Source of the DNA: a virus
Lineage: Duplodnaviria > Caudoviricetes
IMG/VR virus record: IMGVR_UViG_3300021167_000098
Coordinates: 1 to 64,000 of that record
Length of the DNA stretch: 64,000 bases
Reading direction: 5' to 3' (one strand)
Part shown: piece by piece, positions 40,001-47,492 of the stretch
Layout of the letters: each line of letters starts with the position of its first letter
Numbering within the stretch: the first letter of the stretch is position 1
Position numbers and translations under genes: made by a program
Notes under the pieces: model-generated
Told to the model about the DNA's origin: nothing
What the model saw: only the letters and a program-made list of their open reading frames with translations
Databases searched by the model: none

Positions 40001-43000
40001 CAGAGTTTTCATATTCTTGCCCCCATACAGTATTTAATAACTTCATAGCAGCTTGGCTATCTAGCTTTCTTGTAATAGGTCCTTTAGTTAAATAATCCTC
40101 TATAAAAGCATAAACTAAATCATGATCTACCTTATCTACTTTAACAAGAACTCCCATAGTTACACTATCTTCTAGTGTACTTCTTTTCATAGGAAGAGAA
40201 AGGACATTAAATTTACCTTTCTTCTTACTTTCATATTGTCTTACTTGAACACCAGTATCTTTAAGGAACTTAGAAACTCTTACTAAATTAGTATTAGGAG
40301 TTGTTTCTGTTTCATTAGATACTAATCTTGCTGGTCTTCCTGAATTAATAGACTTAATTTTAGTGCGTGGTCTTGCAATTCCAGCATTAATATCTGCTAT
40401 AACTCTTGATCTGTTCTGATAGAGATTAATTAACTCATCAGTAGCCATATTAAAATCTCTGATAACAGTTTTATCTTCTTTCTTAGCAGTCAACATTCTG
40501 GTAAAAGGATTCTTATCCTTATTGTTCTTAAATGGTGCAGCAATTAATGTAGATATTTTATTATAACTATTACCATTTGCCTTATTAGGATCACTTACAT
40601 ATGCTTGAATAGCTGCAAGAACTTGTAATCCTCTATCATTAAGGATCATATATTTGTTCTCAGCATCTGATTTAGTAGGATCTTCCTCTGAGAATAATCC
40701 TGGAATACTTCCATCAGTTGCAAGAATAGATGCTATAGTAGGAACATATGCTTTATTAACATTCTGTTTATCTCCTTTAATAATTATTTCAATTGGAACA
40801 TCATGTGTATCATAATTACCATCAGTAATTCTAAAATAACCTGGATCACCAACTAAATACTCTTGAGTATCAATTGGCTTTAATGTTCTGGTATTGTTCT
40901 TATTCTTTACTCTACCATTAGTTGATTTAACATACTGTCTTGATAAGTAACTAACAGTTGTAGAAGGAGTAAATAACTTATTCTTTTCCCATTCATCTTC
41001 TATGATAATAGTAGGTTCAACTGGAGGTATAGTAATATCTTCTACAGGTTCAATCTCTTGATCAACTGCTACATTACCTTTAGGTTTCTTGCTTACATTC
41101 TTAGGTTTAGGTTTTGTTTCTATATTAACAATAGGTTCAATATCCCATTCAAATACTGGTGCTTTCATAGGAGAAGTACTTCCTGGTAAGAATCCACCTA
41201 TTGTACCATCCTCTTCTGTTTCTTCAAACTCCTCCTCTTCAAATTCTTCTTCAACAGGAACTTCAGTATGCATGGATTTAAGCATTTCCATTAACTTAGC
41301 AACATACTCTTGTTCAGTAGATGCTTCTACAAATCCTGCCATGAATGCATCTTTAAATCCAGTCTTAGTTACATTACCTTCATCATCTACTTGTGATAAA
41401 TAAGGTAACTCATCTTCTGTTCTACCATTAACTGTATATTGAATTATTGCATCATCATCAACAGATGCAGAATTAATATAAGCATAGTTTGTTTCTCCAT
41501 CTTTATTTTTAAACTTAAAGTATCCATTTCCTCTAACAGCCTCATTCATAAATGGACCTAAAATAAGACTTTCTTTTTGTTTAGTTAATTCTTCAGAAGC
41601 TTTATTTAATGTTTCAATATTCTTTAATTGCTCTAAAGTATGTAACTTAAATTGTAATTGTCTTACTTGACCTAATAAATCATTCTTAGCAGCTGTGTTA
41701 ATTGATTTCTTAGAAGATGCATCTTTCTTACCTACTCCATCAAATCTTGTTTTAGAGTTCACATCTTTAACAGCTCCTTTGATTTCATCAGCAAGTTCTT
41801 CTAACTTATTAGAAGTTATCTTTTCAGCATTCTTAGATATAAAAGTATTTATTCTATCTTTCCAATATCTGTATTGTGCACTATTAAGATAAGTTTCTTC
41901 TTCAGTGTTTTTCTTTTCTGCTCTATCAAGCATTTCTGTTTGATCTCTAACTGCCTGTAACTCAGGGTCATTTAGAAATTCAGCAGCTTTTTCTTTATTT
42001 GTTTTATCAAGAGTTTTTAATTCTTCTTCTCTTATAATAAATTTATCTAATTGTCTAATATCATGAGAGTTCATAGACAATGGATCTTCAGATAGTTTCT
42101 TTTTTCTATCTGTTAGATTTCTATATACAATCTGATCAGCTTCAGATAATCCTATAGGATTAATCTTACCTTCAGATATTTCATCAATACTTCCTAAATC
42201 AACATGATCTGGATTAATAATCTTCTGAGCTTTGTTGTATTCAGCTATCTCATCATTAATTCTTGTTTTAACTGATTCAGATTTCTTATTAACATTCTCA
42301 AATCCTCTTTTAATAATCTTTTTATTCTCTCCAACAAAGAATTTTCTTTCTCCTAACTGAGTATCTTTATGTCTATTCCAACTAGTTTCAATGTCAGTTA
42401 ATCTTTCTAACATTTCCTTAGCCTTAGCTCTGGATTCTGGAGTAACTTCTCCATCTACTAAATTAGCAGCTTGTGGAGTGCCATCAGCTATTTCTTGAAT
42501 ACTTTCTCTAAAGTTAGCAAGAGTTCCTTTCTTTAAATTATCCATTGCTGCCTTAGCAAATAGATTATCTTTAATAAGTTCTTGAGTTACTGTATCATTT
42601 TCAAATACAGCCTTTTCATAAACTTCATGAGCATCTAATAGATTATCAAATTTATTCTTTAATAATTCTTGGTTCTCTGATACTTGAGCTTGTTGTGCTT
42701 CATAATGTCCTTTAAGAGTATTACCTATTTCAGCTTTAATTTGTGCAGCCTGAGTTCTTAATATCTCTTTATTCTCTTCAATTGGTTCAGCTTCTATCTG
42801 TTCATTGATAGCAGTAAGCTGAGCATTTAATCTTTTATAATTCTTATTATCAGCAACTTTACCTGGAATATTACCTATTGCATTTTGAAATCCACCACCA
42901 AAGAAACCCATCATACCTTCAAAGATATTCTGGTCAGTAAATGCATAACCTAATACAGCAAGTGGACCTCCATCAGCTTTATCTTTATCAACAGCTAATT

Positions 43001-44288
43001 TAGTAAAATTTTCATTTCCTTCATGATCTTTATTCTCTCTGATTCTGGATTGATTCATAATATTATCTTCCAATCCTCCTTGAAACATCTCTTCTCCTGC
43101 TTCACCCATAGATAACATAAATGGATTTTTAGATCCATTCCATGCTGCTTTCCATACATCTTTTTTCCATATCATCATCTCTGATGGTTTAGGAAAATAT
43201 CTTGATTTATCAGTAAGGATTTGTGCACCTTTGGTTGGTTTACCAAAGATAGTTTTCATTTCCCACATGTCTTTGACAATCATCAACATGTTCTGATTTC
43301 TCATTTGATCAGCAACAGCAGAAGCTTCTTTTCTAATGTATGCTTCATCTGTCTCACCAGCAGCTCTTAATTCAGCTACTTTCTGATCATAGACTTCCAT
43401 ACCCATTATAGTACCTTCCAATTGGTTTTGGATAAGACCAGCTGGTACACTTTTTGCCCATTCTACTAATGCAGCTCTTTTAGCTGGTTCAGCTATCATA
43501 CCTTCCATCAAAGCACCTGCCTTAGTAGATACTTTAGTTGCCATACTTTCTAGTATTGTACCAGCAGTTCCTTCAGCAGCTAATGCAGCTCTTGCACCAA
43601 TAGATAATAGTTTACCTGCTGCACCTAAACCAAAACTTATAGCTTTACCAGGAATAGCAAACTGTAATCCTGATTCAATAACTCCTTTAACACCTCCCCA
43701 AAACATAGAACTATCCATAGAAAGAGGATTGTTTGGATCTGAATAAACAGGTAATGCCTGATTAACATCAGCTTGTGCAGCAGCAAGATCTTCTTGTAAT
43801 GCAGTCTTTTCCCAATCTCTTGTTAATATGTTTGGTAAATAAGTGAACCCTTCAATACCTTTAATGACTCCATTAAGAGTACCTCCAACTACTGCATTTC
43901 TAGCTTGTTGCCAACCAGATTGTTCTTCAGATGCTTGTTTAGCCCAATCTCCTCCAGCATAAAAAGCAGCTTCATCACCTAATGCAGAATATGTTTTATA
44001 AGGGTCTATACCAAAATCAGTTGTTGCTGTACTATCCTGTCTATTAGCATATTGTGATTTAACATAATCATTTATTTCAGAAAATGATTTACCTGTTGGA
44101 TCATATGGAGGTGCAACTGGATTACCAGCTTTATCTACCATTTGTTTCTCAGGTTTAGGTTGCTTAATAATCTGAGGAGTAGCCATAGGTCTATTAACAG
44201 TTGGTGCTATTAATTGCTTAGACCCAGCAGTAGGTGTTACACCTTTACCTTGATTTTCTGGAGTAATAATTTTTTCTTTATCTGGCAT
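28029..44288 (-). CDS. giant virion-encapsidated DNA-dependent RNA polymerase polyprotein (crAss-like vRNAP)
   Basis: 5419 aa; RIPGQ...GSDFDVDKL catalytic DxDxD (33978-33992), SVDNAK motif; also zincin HESWH, SLOG-like and ART-like domains. Confidence 0.9.
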   Translation of the reverse strand: MPDKEKIITPENQGKGVTPTAGSKQLIAPTVNRPMATPQIIKQPKPEKQMVDKAGNPVAPPYDPTGKSFSEINDYVKSQYANRQDSTATTDFGIDPYKTYSALGDEAAFYAGGDWAKQASEEQSGWQQARNAVVGGTLNGVIKGIEGFTYLPNILTRDWEKTALQEDLAAAQADVNQALPVYSDPNNPLSMDSSMFWGGVKGVIESGLQFAIPGKAISFGLGAAGKLLSIGARAALAAEGTAGTILESMATKVSTKAGALMEGMIAEPAKRAALVEWAKSVPAGLIQNQLEGTIMGMEVYDQKVAELRAAGETDEAYIRKEASAVADQMRNQNMLMIVKDMWEMKTIFGKPTKGAQILTDKSRYFPKPSEMMIWKKDVWKAAWNGSKNPFMLSMGEAGEEMFQGGLEDNIMNQSRIRENKDHEGNENFTKLAVDKDKADGGPLAVLGYAFTDQNIFEGMMGFFGGGFQNAIGNIPGKVADNKNYKRLNAQLTAINEQIEAEPIEENKEILRTQAAQIKAEIGNTLKGHYEAQQAQVSENQELLKNKFDNLLDAHEVYEKAVFENDTVTQELIKDNLFAKAAMDNLKKGTLANFRESIQEIADGTPQAANLVDGEVTPESRAKAKEMLERLTDIETSWNRHKDTQLGERKFFVGENKKIIKRGFENVNKKSESVKTRINDEIAEYNKAQKIINPDHVDLGSIDEISEGKINPIGLSEADQIVYRNLTDRKKKLSEDPLSMNSHDIRQLDKFIIREEELKTLDKTNKEKAAEFLNDPELQAVRDQTEMLDRAEKKNTEEETYLNSAQYRYWKDRINTFISKNAEKITSNKLEELADEIKGAVKDVNSKTRFDGVGKKDASSKKSINTAAKNDLLGQVRQLQFKLHTLEQLKNIETLNKASEELTKQKESLILGPFMNEAVRGNGYFKFKNKDGETNYAYINSASVDDDAIIQYTVNGRTEDELPYLSQVDDEGNVTKTGFKDAFMAGFVEASTEQEYVAKLMEMLKSMHTEVPVEEEFEEEEFEETEEDGTIGGFLPGSTSPMKAPVFEWDIEPIVNIETKPKPKNVSKKPKGNVAVDQEIEPVEDITIPPVEPTIIIEDEWEKNKLFTPSTTVSYLSRQYVKSTNGRVKNKNNTRTLKPIDTQEYLVGDPGYFRITDGNYDTHDVPIEIIIKGDKQNVNKAYVPTIASILATDGSIPGLFSEEDPTKSDAENKYMILNDRGLQVLAAIQAYVSDPNKANGNSYNKISTLIAAPFKNNKDKNPFTRMLTAKKEDKTVIRDFNMATDELINLYQNRSRVIADINAGIARPRTKIKSINSGRPARLVSNETETTPNTNLVRVSKFLKDTGVQVRQYESKKKGKFNVLSLPMKRSTLEDSVTMGVLVKVDKVDHDLVYAFIEDYLTKGPITRKLDSQAAMKLLNTVWGQEYENSDTKLPIADHIDLSEDKSTGERQIVFKHKNKKPTKNDFVKPDALIDNKLTESIKSAISAYIADAKVNVLKINTNSKVDIETIKLNKGVLQKVVKSPLAMFADNSATDILATKAPNGEWIFHEQATFNLDYGLQMGDSIVDNSDFDAAMNAEADIKAIEESSEYKEGEAEWLREKHDAPLRLDPGAAINIIEDIARRRQEELEDVVELLPEIDKNKLTKEKWVEKLLHVNDLGHLINSLRKHENISLGEPGGKLNKDSYKRAKEFKETYTEVFENAKLYLEEINAKYDAELKALEQQPKSNQFEQDKKADIERRRREELNNNEQRYSSELNKLKKQAEGEIKRTGVRQLVTGNRIDSYEGLIAGERFKINDKYDAELAALGRTTTQEANKEVQKADILQKKKERLANVKPMYHHTNVDTKDFNFNNFQRGNKQVSQFGDGLNASSNTTSFLVSRYGKPIQGEVNDADFVKINASKTEKEVYEELKKQGYIFSEIHDTNDVLSEVPGAAMELFTDFQKSNPNVKGVRVSNHIIGNTKVAPFYVIYDAKSFYGQGALSKKIEQESNAELAALNNLTNTDTSATEEKSKPVPDDDFSIATEDYESIIVDDDKNKALLDTYTIDYPGMTDSLKDDLVNDFAARIMTRFNGTAKSAPIKNIGDNLASVKKYYFEKYIPNQTNPILKDMPSYYNKLESLAFAKVQAMGLKITGKQVGNLAIDEMEALDFSGENGRAVERYDTSIFDIDDRDRASFRLKSKLALIRDGETQMGFDRYLDPENTYGLIRQLLANKPYMTVGEAVKFLREQKNQSRVLNLVADDIEKWDMSAKNEFRTVFNLHKNKTGIMLWNSKGGEYSANIIDADRVSGGRMMVSKWQSAFMDIVEDPNNNMVINSESEPYLINADKVNKIKEDYIELTNQYYEFEEVYGEVPNSAVYAEQIAGLLNQLGIDVVTDEIKSIIDYPYEYAKIAEGWERNNMSHVFNNKSGVIGVLFSNIGNIPSTKTELIGEDPETAINYVSMEKYNPFTEGGNYLSNLGKFISYKRGNIDSESAYSASGNIKFAYTIPNPLSNVVDRIKSGNYDIENASSFAQRSELVNDSLYDVELMDALKEETEGIFEESNKLKPAELESEELGGIQNNGNKRRFAQIPTNSDKSLFAKTSLSANRESNTFLEDQIANNSAYLVKSVEIESERMRQFNGLSTGIADSKTIDGLTGNTKYDNGYKYFYLLPTANIQIAKVKLKEQIVSLVDITALDDSTSFEAEIKNILPTYSERYFSGYDSDSEESFYKQFMNNQEEHAKVLNQPDLAHLVMMASGETNASSTKWNMTIDEFIEKIIDNNYEKTNPIYLDNGKIKFDTAIPKNDFGFVSMLAANKFNEELKNKLDLWNKYDIGIKRMDSQWKAKVIGNGKNVFSEKLNALITFTDAQIVEIAAREMIYYSTFASLEYYQLVAGDPASFYKGPSNKLLSDLTSEEVNNFIHATNIDAVKRNAKNLAAGTLPSFDILRYDEKTDTFTPETQKTYHSAAISDNYRASINKDIMANERLAGMYGMDGKGRGKINVADALEYSSFEEHLHVMFAKGTQDLTMDMYKSMLPKARYQDRLKWNQKVPDQYKLTDEELKFVFGMMKPVQVSNVQFKSNGVGGANYATQVEVYIKSSSMPIIHQLFQGLEVAKLKQGMFYEGDVLRETPIDRLAYESAYKGGALRIANVWDAKGNITNIDALYPVELPREGFFIQQEIPYDELKNKILIMSQMDKLFTEGYAQHDKTDVLGRKAEVKKAMFREAKADFLKRFGAKLQEDGETYEFQDLNKVVELLKKEAFSRGFSKNVIDQLRIVDGKLDPMFFNTASQKYESVLASLVSGIILQKVHGHSYVQTSASGVITPDQIPDDFKRDIVTVPGHNMSMDLPFITKKDGKIVGAGVYVPFQFLSNKGKDGVQNKLNLNDYTITDETGTYLDMSKIDPSLLNLIGGRIPGQGPNSMLPIRILGFLPEYMGNTIVVPAEISVQMGSDFDVDKLYTYMWNYVVNSKTGQISKYDPNPKAIYKARKVLTDPFTPRIDELKKRRADELTRLVGEGVLEQVSAIKQLRQDTTDSIKEYEDAIQSYWGTEITADDQVDIDRNLYELKQLDQRVKDIDSDLKLIGEEKRKFANTTEGKAIQQELDQLYSELNEATKDFDPTSIVGQDIKSLQNQYFDLHWEVLTDENMFERIAESLDMDDLRLEFEKRTSKNEAAGLISPKFNRDTYLENRAGKQGVAIEANGIVMNAMIQNKGITLLQEGQDLSIKIKSKGKVLNLDILGNDARSQYDNEDRRIHKNLQNIQSESVDNAKNGRLGALNLNEDTFNAANALLMLSDSSKGGYQEGGTPGIGSVANDHVVALVEQDIIHEFIESKAASFNQFSKAKFSRYAEGKLKSSIIEKYYKLIHQKADEYIKIPSHMELIKNIVIPGVIELNSAKKLDLDSATPEQLDKYYRVQLNAFLGFLALDEVGQIVAGTQKAIDGSTKGIGKSFIESLMKERMFKDRIQDGNYESSYFGIKLNNVQSLEDSEYGVAMKEGVIFANNLFGKMFPYRNLFNKVTDYFKGQNKSLDEKDYRNIFNFYKTYIFANNDIYSSGDVVAERARLKEGDDNIFDRLKKYQAENTSGDYLLKGIVVEYDKINKERRLKYSAGKSQRQDEYLNTVSLLKMLNSSDEELRRFGNDLITYSFLTNPIQSANNFMMYIPASVQQSNVVSAYLNKATMDMMDDNIKYADFMEQFIRHNPSFAPKKVMRRSYTSTIELQNYNTYLDKILQLQSELKKPGLSDEEKTSIGNEIARNSAMKNAWFSSTSNPIYTELDEDREPNKFNYITFADPQNEVNGEFDTTMLFKTNKDPKTGQYILSAIPLLGTYESRNMNSSTGFVDTSSVNAYELGNEEMANRLIPESETDLTDALENIKTYGNSNQTEIADILRQIVSPTAKISVDTEAKNTGRYIASEDKIVINPNLDNKFNSKSNREDIISGIIHESWHSAFNPIVERYMKDPNSVTEAQRISIKRLDILRKDALKAARKNNKKELTEFLGNYMNLLKQDEVKNANKILSLQDTINFVLESPNNKSINTTTSGITPQMKAKYYGLVNVQEFVTMAWSDNNFQTVLNEIKASKPEVKSFLERIVEAFEGLFRTILESFGITVNPNNVLAHTLAESYNVVSDNKEVELNKTSTIWASKTQDKVIYSGDAPGTDREFKKVGKQFGIRTVDYTPQTYDKLTPVQAEEVEQAYVRAVNYLGRQVISLDNEDKGKRYSAKLVRRDYLQAKAGDSVYAIIEGFETVFDKTKQGMKVIGQKTFKVIPKGGTAYAMIMADDMGKPVYAFDQSRQEWYKYTKGTITKIDIPVLSERFAGVGTRNINEAGQQAIVDLFENTYPQEKVNIESTSNNSSNIQVINTRYTRNSVAEDNESMYLFTDNAQRTSAPNAASDNIDSNTWYYKKYKSQTNKPLHFGSINNPTSAVIRGLNNAYPISTMSAYGTNWTDSNFDLFKQTIDDEINQIKKDLSNFKTLKIGDYRIGQGGLKAKLPKQHQEYLDVKLLELGIDNSGDSPKLINDTFESIKTQASDIFNDLEIKKCGPGGGLFKAADGMKPKGFTKGGTWKIVKDLKGYPTHAKGGVDLSIGKDGVTMHNGKTQIKAEYGLVIPKAEDGMIIPDGEDPTNPPKKKIPGLDRMIKDNIMVSESTNIVRPIAEFNQTIKPKKDIIDNIKDKLDPRNIGLNDFSNEKDFDSAYAKARKSGDEQFLYNGDRYNTNYKGTPAQQLKETGILDEQLGVNKVVRDKIYKNVTPYNSIMPPIMQGVKGLITTDKNRDINVENPLPITYKGKPEDFRKLSAKEQARYKEEAKPHFKRADDAWALYTGNPQRFNTFEVSNHKPSTSTDPKANYLSVSKSYPEIVDFIKKEGTTLKQGESKQVQEPSNLVFRNFKISKGKDEKGEYISYYDKWNLNPSLEFPIPEQGKPFEIYDRIYLNDSKKK
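38298..39431 (-). repeat. three tandem in-frame units bounded by (KA)DI.RRR.EEL and IN.KYDAELAAL-type motifs
   Basis: 26/27 nt identity between 38877-38903 and 39135-39161; 19/20 between 38298-38317 and 38868-38887. Confidence 0.88.
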
Positions 44289-44291
44289 TGT

Positions 44292-47200
44292 TTATAGTTG
44301 TATGTGTAGGTGGTTTCCTGAACCATCACTATCACCATGATATATAATTTTTAATGTCTGTCCTGTAGCAGCTACTTTTATTTCTAAAGCTGGTACATTA
44401 CCTGTTGTGCCTTTACCTTTTAAAAGCATCTGTCTTGCAGCTTCTGGATTAGCTGTCATTTTTGCTATTTTATTAATAGCTTCCATTTCCTGTGAAGGAG
44501 TATTAAATTTAAAATCTATTCCTTCTCCATGATTATGTTTACTAGCTCCATCTCCATCTCTTTTAGCTGAGGATACTTGTGGTAGTAAACTATCTAAACC
44601 AGCTTTAACAATTAAATGTTTAGTACTATCTACCATTGTTTTATTAACTCCTGATAGATTAACTCCTGGTTGAAATGCAAAGTTATAGTTTTTTATTCTA
44701 TTATTTACATCTTGTGCCTCTTTTTTATTTTCTCCTTGATAAGATGCTGCCCATGCTCTAGCTGGATACTTTTGCCAATTACCATCTTGTGCATTACCTA
44801 TTCCATGATGATGCATAATATCTATTGCTTGTGCTTCATTAATATTTTTACCATTTTTAGCATAAGCAGCTATTATTTTATTAACATTAGGAAGATATTG
44901 TTTAGGCATTAATACCTTGTCAAAGTATGCATCCTGCATCTCAGGATGATCTTGTATAGCCATATAGGCTTTAATATCCTCATCTGAATATCCTTTAGCT
45001 CCTTCTTTTCTTCCAAGTTCTTTCTTAAAAGCAGCTATTGCTTCAGGAGTATATTTACTTAGATCAACCCCAAATTCTCTCCAGTTCTTAGTAACAAAAG
45101 GAGTTAGTTTATCAAATTGTGATGAAGGTACTAACCCAAAATATCCAAGAGCATTAGTTTCTTTATTTCTTGCTCTTGCAGGATCTTTCTCTCCTCCAGA
45201 TTCAGCCTGTCTAATACCTTCTTTGATACTAGATGACTGTGACTCCAACTTTCCCCCATTACCACCTCCACTAGTACTTTGGTTTGTAGGTTGTGTTTGG
45301 CTAGTTAATGCTATAACTCTAGCAAGGTTTAGTTTATTATCAACTATATTAGTCTCTCCATTATGTACTACTGAATATTGACCTCCACCAATACTTGTAA
45401 TCTGATACTTCTGTCCACCAGCATTATATACAGTTGTTCTACCTTCTTTAAGGTCAACTGATTTAGCTAGTTTAGGAAATAATTGTTCAGCTACTTTTGG
45501 TGCTTCTGGATTATTAGGATCATATAAAAATGTATTTAACATTTCTCTATTAACATTTCTATCTGAAATTAAAGCTGGTTTAGAATCTTTAAAAATTGGT
45601 TTTTTAGTTAATTCATCATATTGTATTTTTCCATCTACTGTTTCTGGTTGTCCAATGGTAGCAGATAATGCATATGTACCTGTATTTGGGTCATAAACTA
45701 CATCCCCAGTAACTACTCTATCATCAGCACTACCTTTATATTTAGTACCATTAGCTAATCTAATTCCACCAACTTGTGAAGCTGCATTAATAGCTTCTTG
45801 TCCTGATTTATTATTATAAGTATTAATTACTGCTGCTACATCTGGATCATCATTATTTACAGAATATGCTGAAATACTACCTCTTGCTGTTTGTATTTCT
45901 GGATGATTTTGCAAATATTTTTCATATGCTGCTTCTTCACCTTGTCTTACAAATTCAATATAGTCATTAAATGCTTTAGGTGATTTTCCTTCTTTAATAG
46001 CATTATCTCTATATTTTTGAATGTATTTAATCTTATCTCCTATATTATCTGGAAGACCCATAAAGAACTTTTCTCCAGTTAATTGATTTCCAATAGCATT
46101 CCAGAATCCTCCTTCTTTAGAACCAAGTTCTTCTTTTAATGCATCTAAATAAACACCTTCTTTTTTAGAAACAAATCCTAATCCATAAGCTATTTGATCT
46201 CCAACAGATCCAACATAATTTTTATATTCTCTTGATTTATAAAATGCATCATTCTTTAATTCTGTATTTTGAGCATCAATAGATTTAATATTATATCCAA
46301 CCTCTTGAACTTCTCTTGCTAAATTATTATAACTATCATTAACTTCTTTTGACCATTTTGTTTTATCTGCCCCAAATTGTTTTTTAATAGTTGCTTGTTG
46401 ATTAGCTATTTCCTTCATTCTTAATAATCCTTCTTTTTTTTGATCATTATTTACACTAATTTGATTAATAGGACTTACCATTAAAGGATTAATTTCTTTT
46501 TGTGTACCAGCCCATAAACCATCATAATTATTAGATGTAGCATTAGGAATATAAGTTATACCATCTGCACCAATCTGAACTGGTGGTTCTGGAGCTTTAG
46601 TTGTACCTGAAGAACCTGAACCAGATCCTGTACCTCCTGGACTATTAGCATTAATATATGAAGCAGAAGGATAATCAGTTACTCTTGCTAATCTACCATC
46701 ATCTGTTAACTCAGCATTATCTTTATATCCTTGCCATTGATTTTCAATCCAAGTTGCCTTATCAAATCCTTGTCTGGATAAATGTATCTTATTAGCTTCC
46801 CAAATACTATCAAGTTCTTGTTTATAAACTGGTTCTGATTTAAGATATTCTCCTTTATAACCATTAGGTAATATAGTTTCAGTAGTTTTATTAATCCTAT
46901 CAATTGATTTTTGATATCTATCTTCATTCCATGGAGTCATTAATGCAGGATTAAAACTATTTAATGGATTATCTCCATCTCCTTTATCAGAATAATATTT
47001 ATTTTGATGTTCTCCCCAAAGCTCAGGATCTAGTTTATCAGCATATTTAGATTGTGTTGCCCATTTAGCTTTGTCTTCTATTACTTCTCTAAACTTAGGG
47101 TTTGTATAAAGATATTGAGATAACTTACTCCAAGCATTAAGAATTGCATTCTCATCATAATTAGGATTAGCTTGTAAAGCATTAATTTCATTAATAAGGG

Positions 47201-47477
47201 GTTGTGCGCCAGCTCTTATTTCATCTAAATATGCTATATGCTTTGGATTCTCTCCCACCATTGCTAATGGACTATTAGGATCTGAAAGCGTCTTATCAAG
47301 ATTACCTTGTATCTTAACTCTATTATTAATCTGATCTTGTTTCCTTCTATATTCAGCAGTAGCTCTCTGTTGTTCTAAACTAAATAAAGTTTTATAATCC
47401 AACTCTTTCTCAACAGTTGGAACAAAATCAATATAAGAAGCTTGAGGCAGTATTGTTACTGGACTTATTTGTTCCAT
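44292..47477 (-). CDS. virion ejection protein with C-terminal lysozyme-like and peptidase M15-like peptidoglycan hydrolase domains
   Basis: AESGG...ARN...ALGYF (transglycosylase-like); SAKR...SKHNHGEGIDF (H-x6-D) and terminal HLH. Confidence 0.78.
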   Translation of the reverse strand: MEQISPVTILPQASYIDFVPTVEKELDYKTLFSLEQQRATAEYRRKQDQINNRVKIQGNLDKTLSDPNSPLAMVGENPKHIAYLDEIRAGAQPLINEINALQANPNYDENAILNAWSKLSQYLYTNPKFREVIEDKAKWATQSKYADKLDPELWGEHQNKYYSDKGDGDNPLNSFNPALMTPWNEDRYQKSIDRINKTTETILPNGYKGEYLKSEPVYKQELDSIWEANKIHLSRQGFDKATWIENQWQGYKDNAELTDDGRLARVTDYPSASYINANSPGGTGSGSGSSGTTKAPEPPVQIGADGITYIPNATSNNYDGLWAGTQKEINPLMVSPINQISVNNDQKKEGLLRMKEIANQQATIKKQFGADKTKWSKEVNDSYNNLAREVQEVGYNIKSIDAQNTELKNDAFYKSREYKNYVGSVGDQIAYGLGFVSKKEGVYLDALKEELGSKEGGFWNAIGNQLTGEKFFMGLPDNIGDKIKYIQKYRDNAIKEGKSPKAFNDYIEFVRQGEEAAYEKYLQNHPEIQTARGSISAYSVNNDDPDVAAVINTYNNKSGQEAINAASQVGGIRLANGTKYKGSADDRVVTGDVVYDPNTGTYALSATIGQPETVDGKIQYDELTKKPIFKDSKPALISDRNVNREMLNTFLYDPNNPEAPKVAEQLFPKLAKSVDLKEGRTTVYNAGGQKYQITSIGGGQYSVVHNGETNIVDNKLNLARVIALTSQTQPTNQSTSGGGNGGKLESQSSSIKEGIRQAESGGEKDPARARNKETNALGYFGLVPSSQFDKLTPFVTKNWREFGVDLSKYTPEAIAAFKKELGRKEGAKGYSDEDIKAYMAIQDHPEMQDAYFDKVLMPKQYLPNVNKIIAAYAKNGKNINEAQAIDIMHHHGIGNAQDGNWQKYPARAWAASYQGENKKEAQDVNNRIKNYNFAFQPGVNLSGVNKTMVDSTKHLIVKAGLDSLLPQVSSAKRDGDGASKHNHGEGIDFKFNTPSQEMEAINKIAKMTANPEAARQMLLKGKGTTGNVPALEIKVAATGQTLKIIYHGDSDGSGNHLHIQL

Positions 47478-47492
47478 ATAATTTTAATTTGT

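Noticed and set aside
4007-44288. Inteins or group I introns in the polymerase, ligase or vRNAP
   Set aside because: No frame interruptions, LAGLIDADG/HNH motifs or C...HN splice junctions recognised
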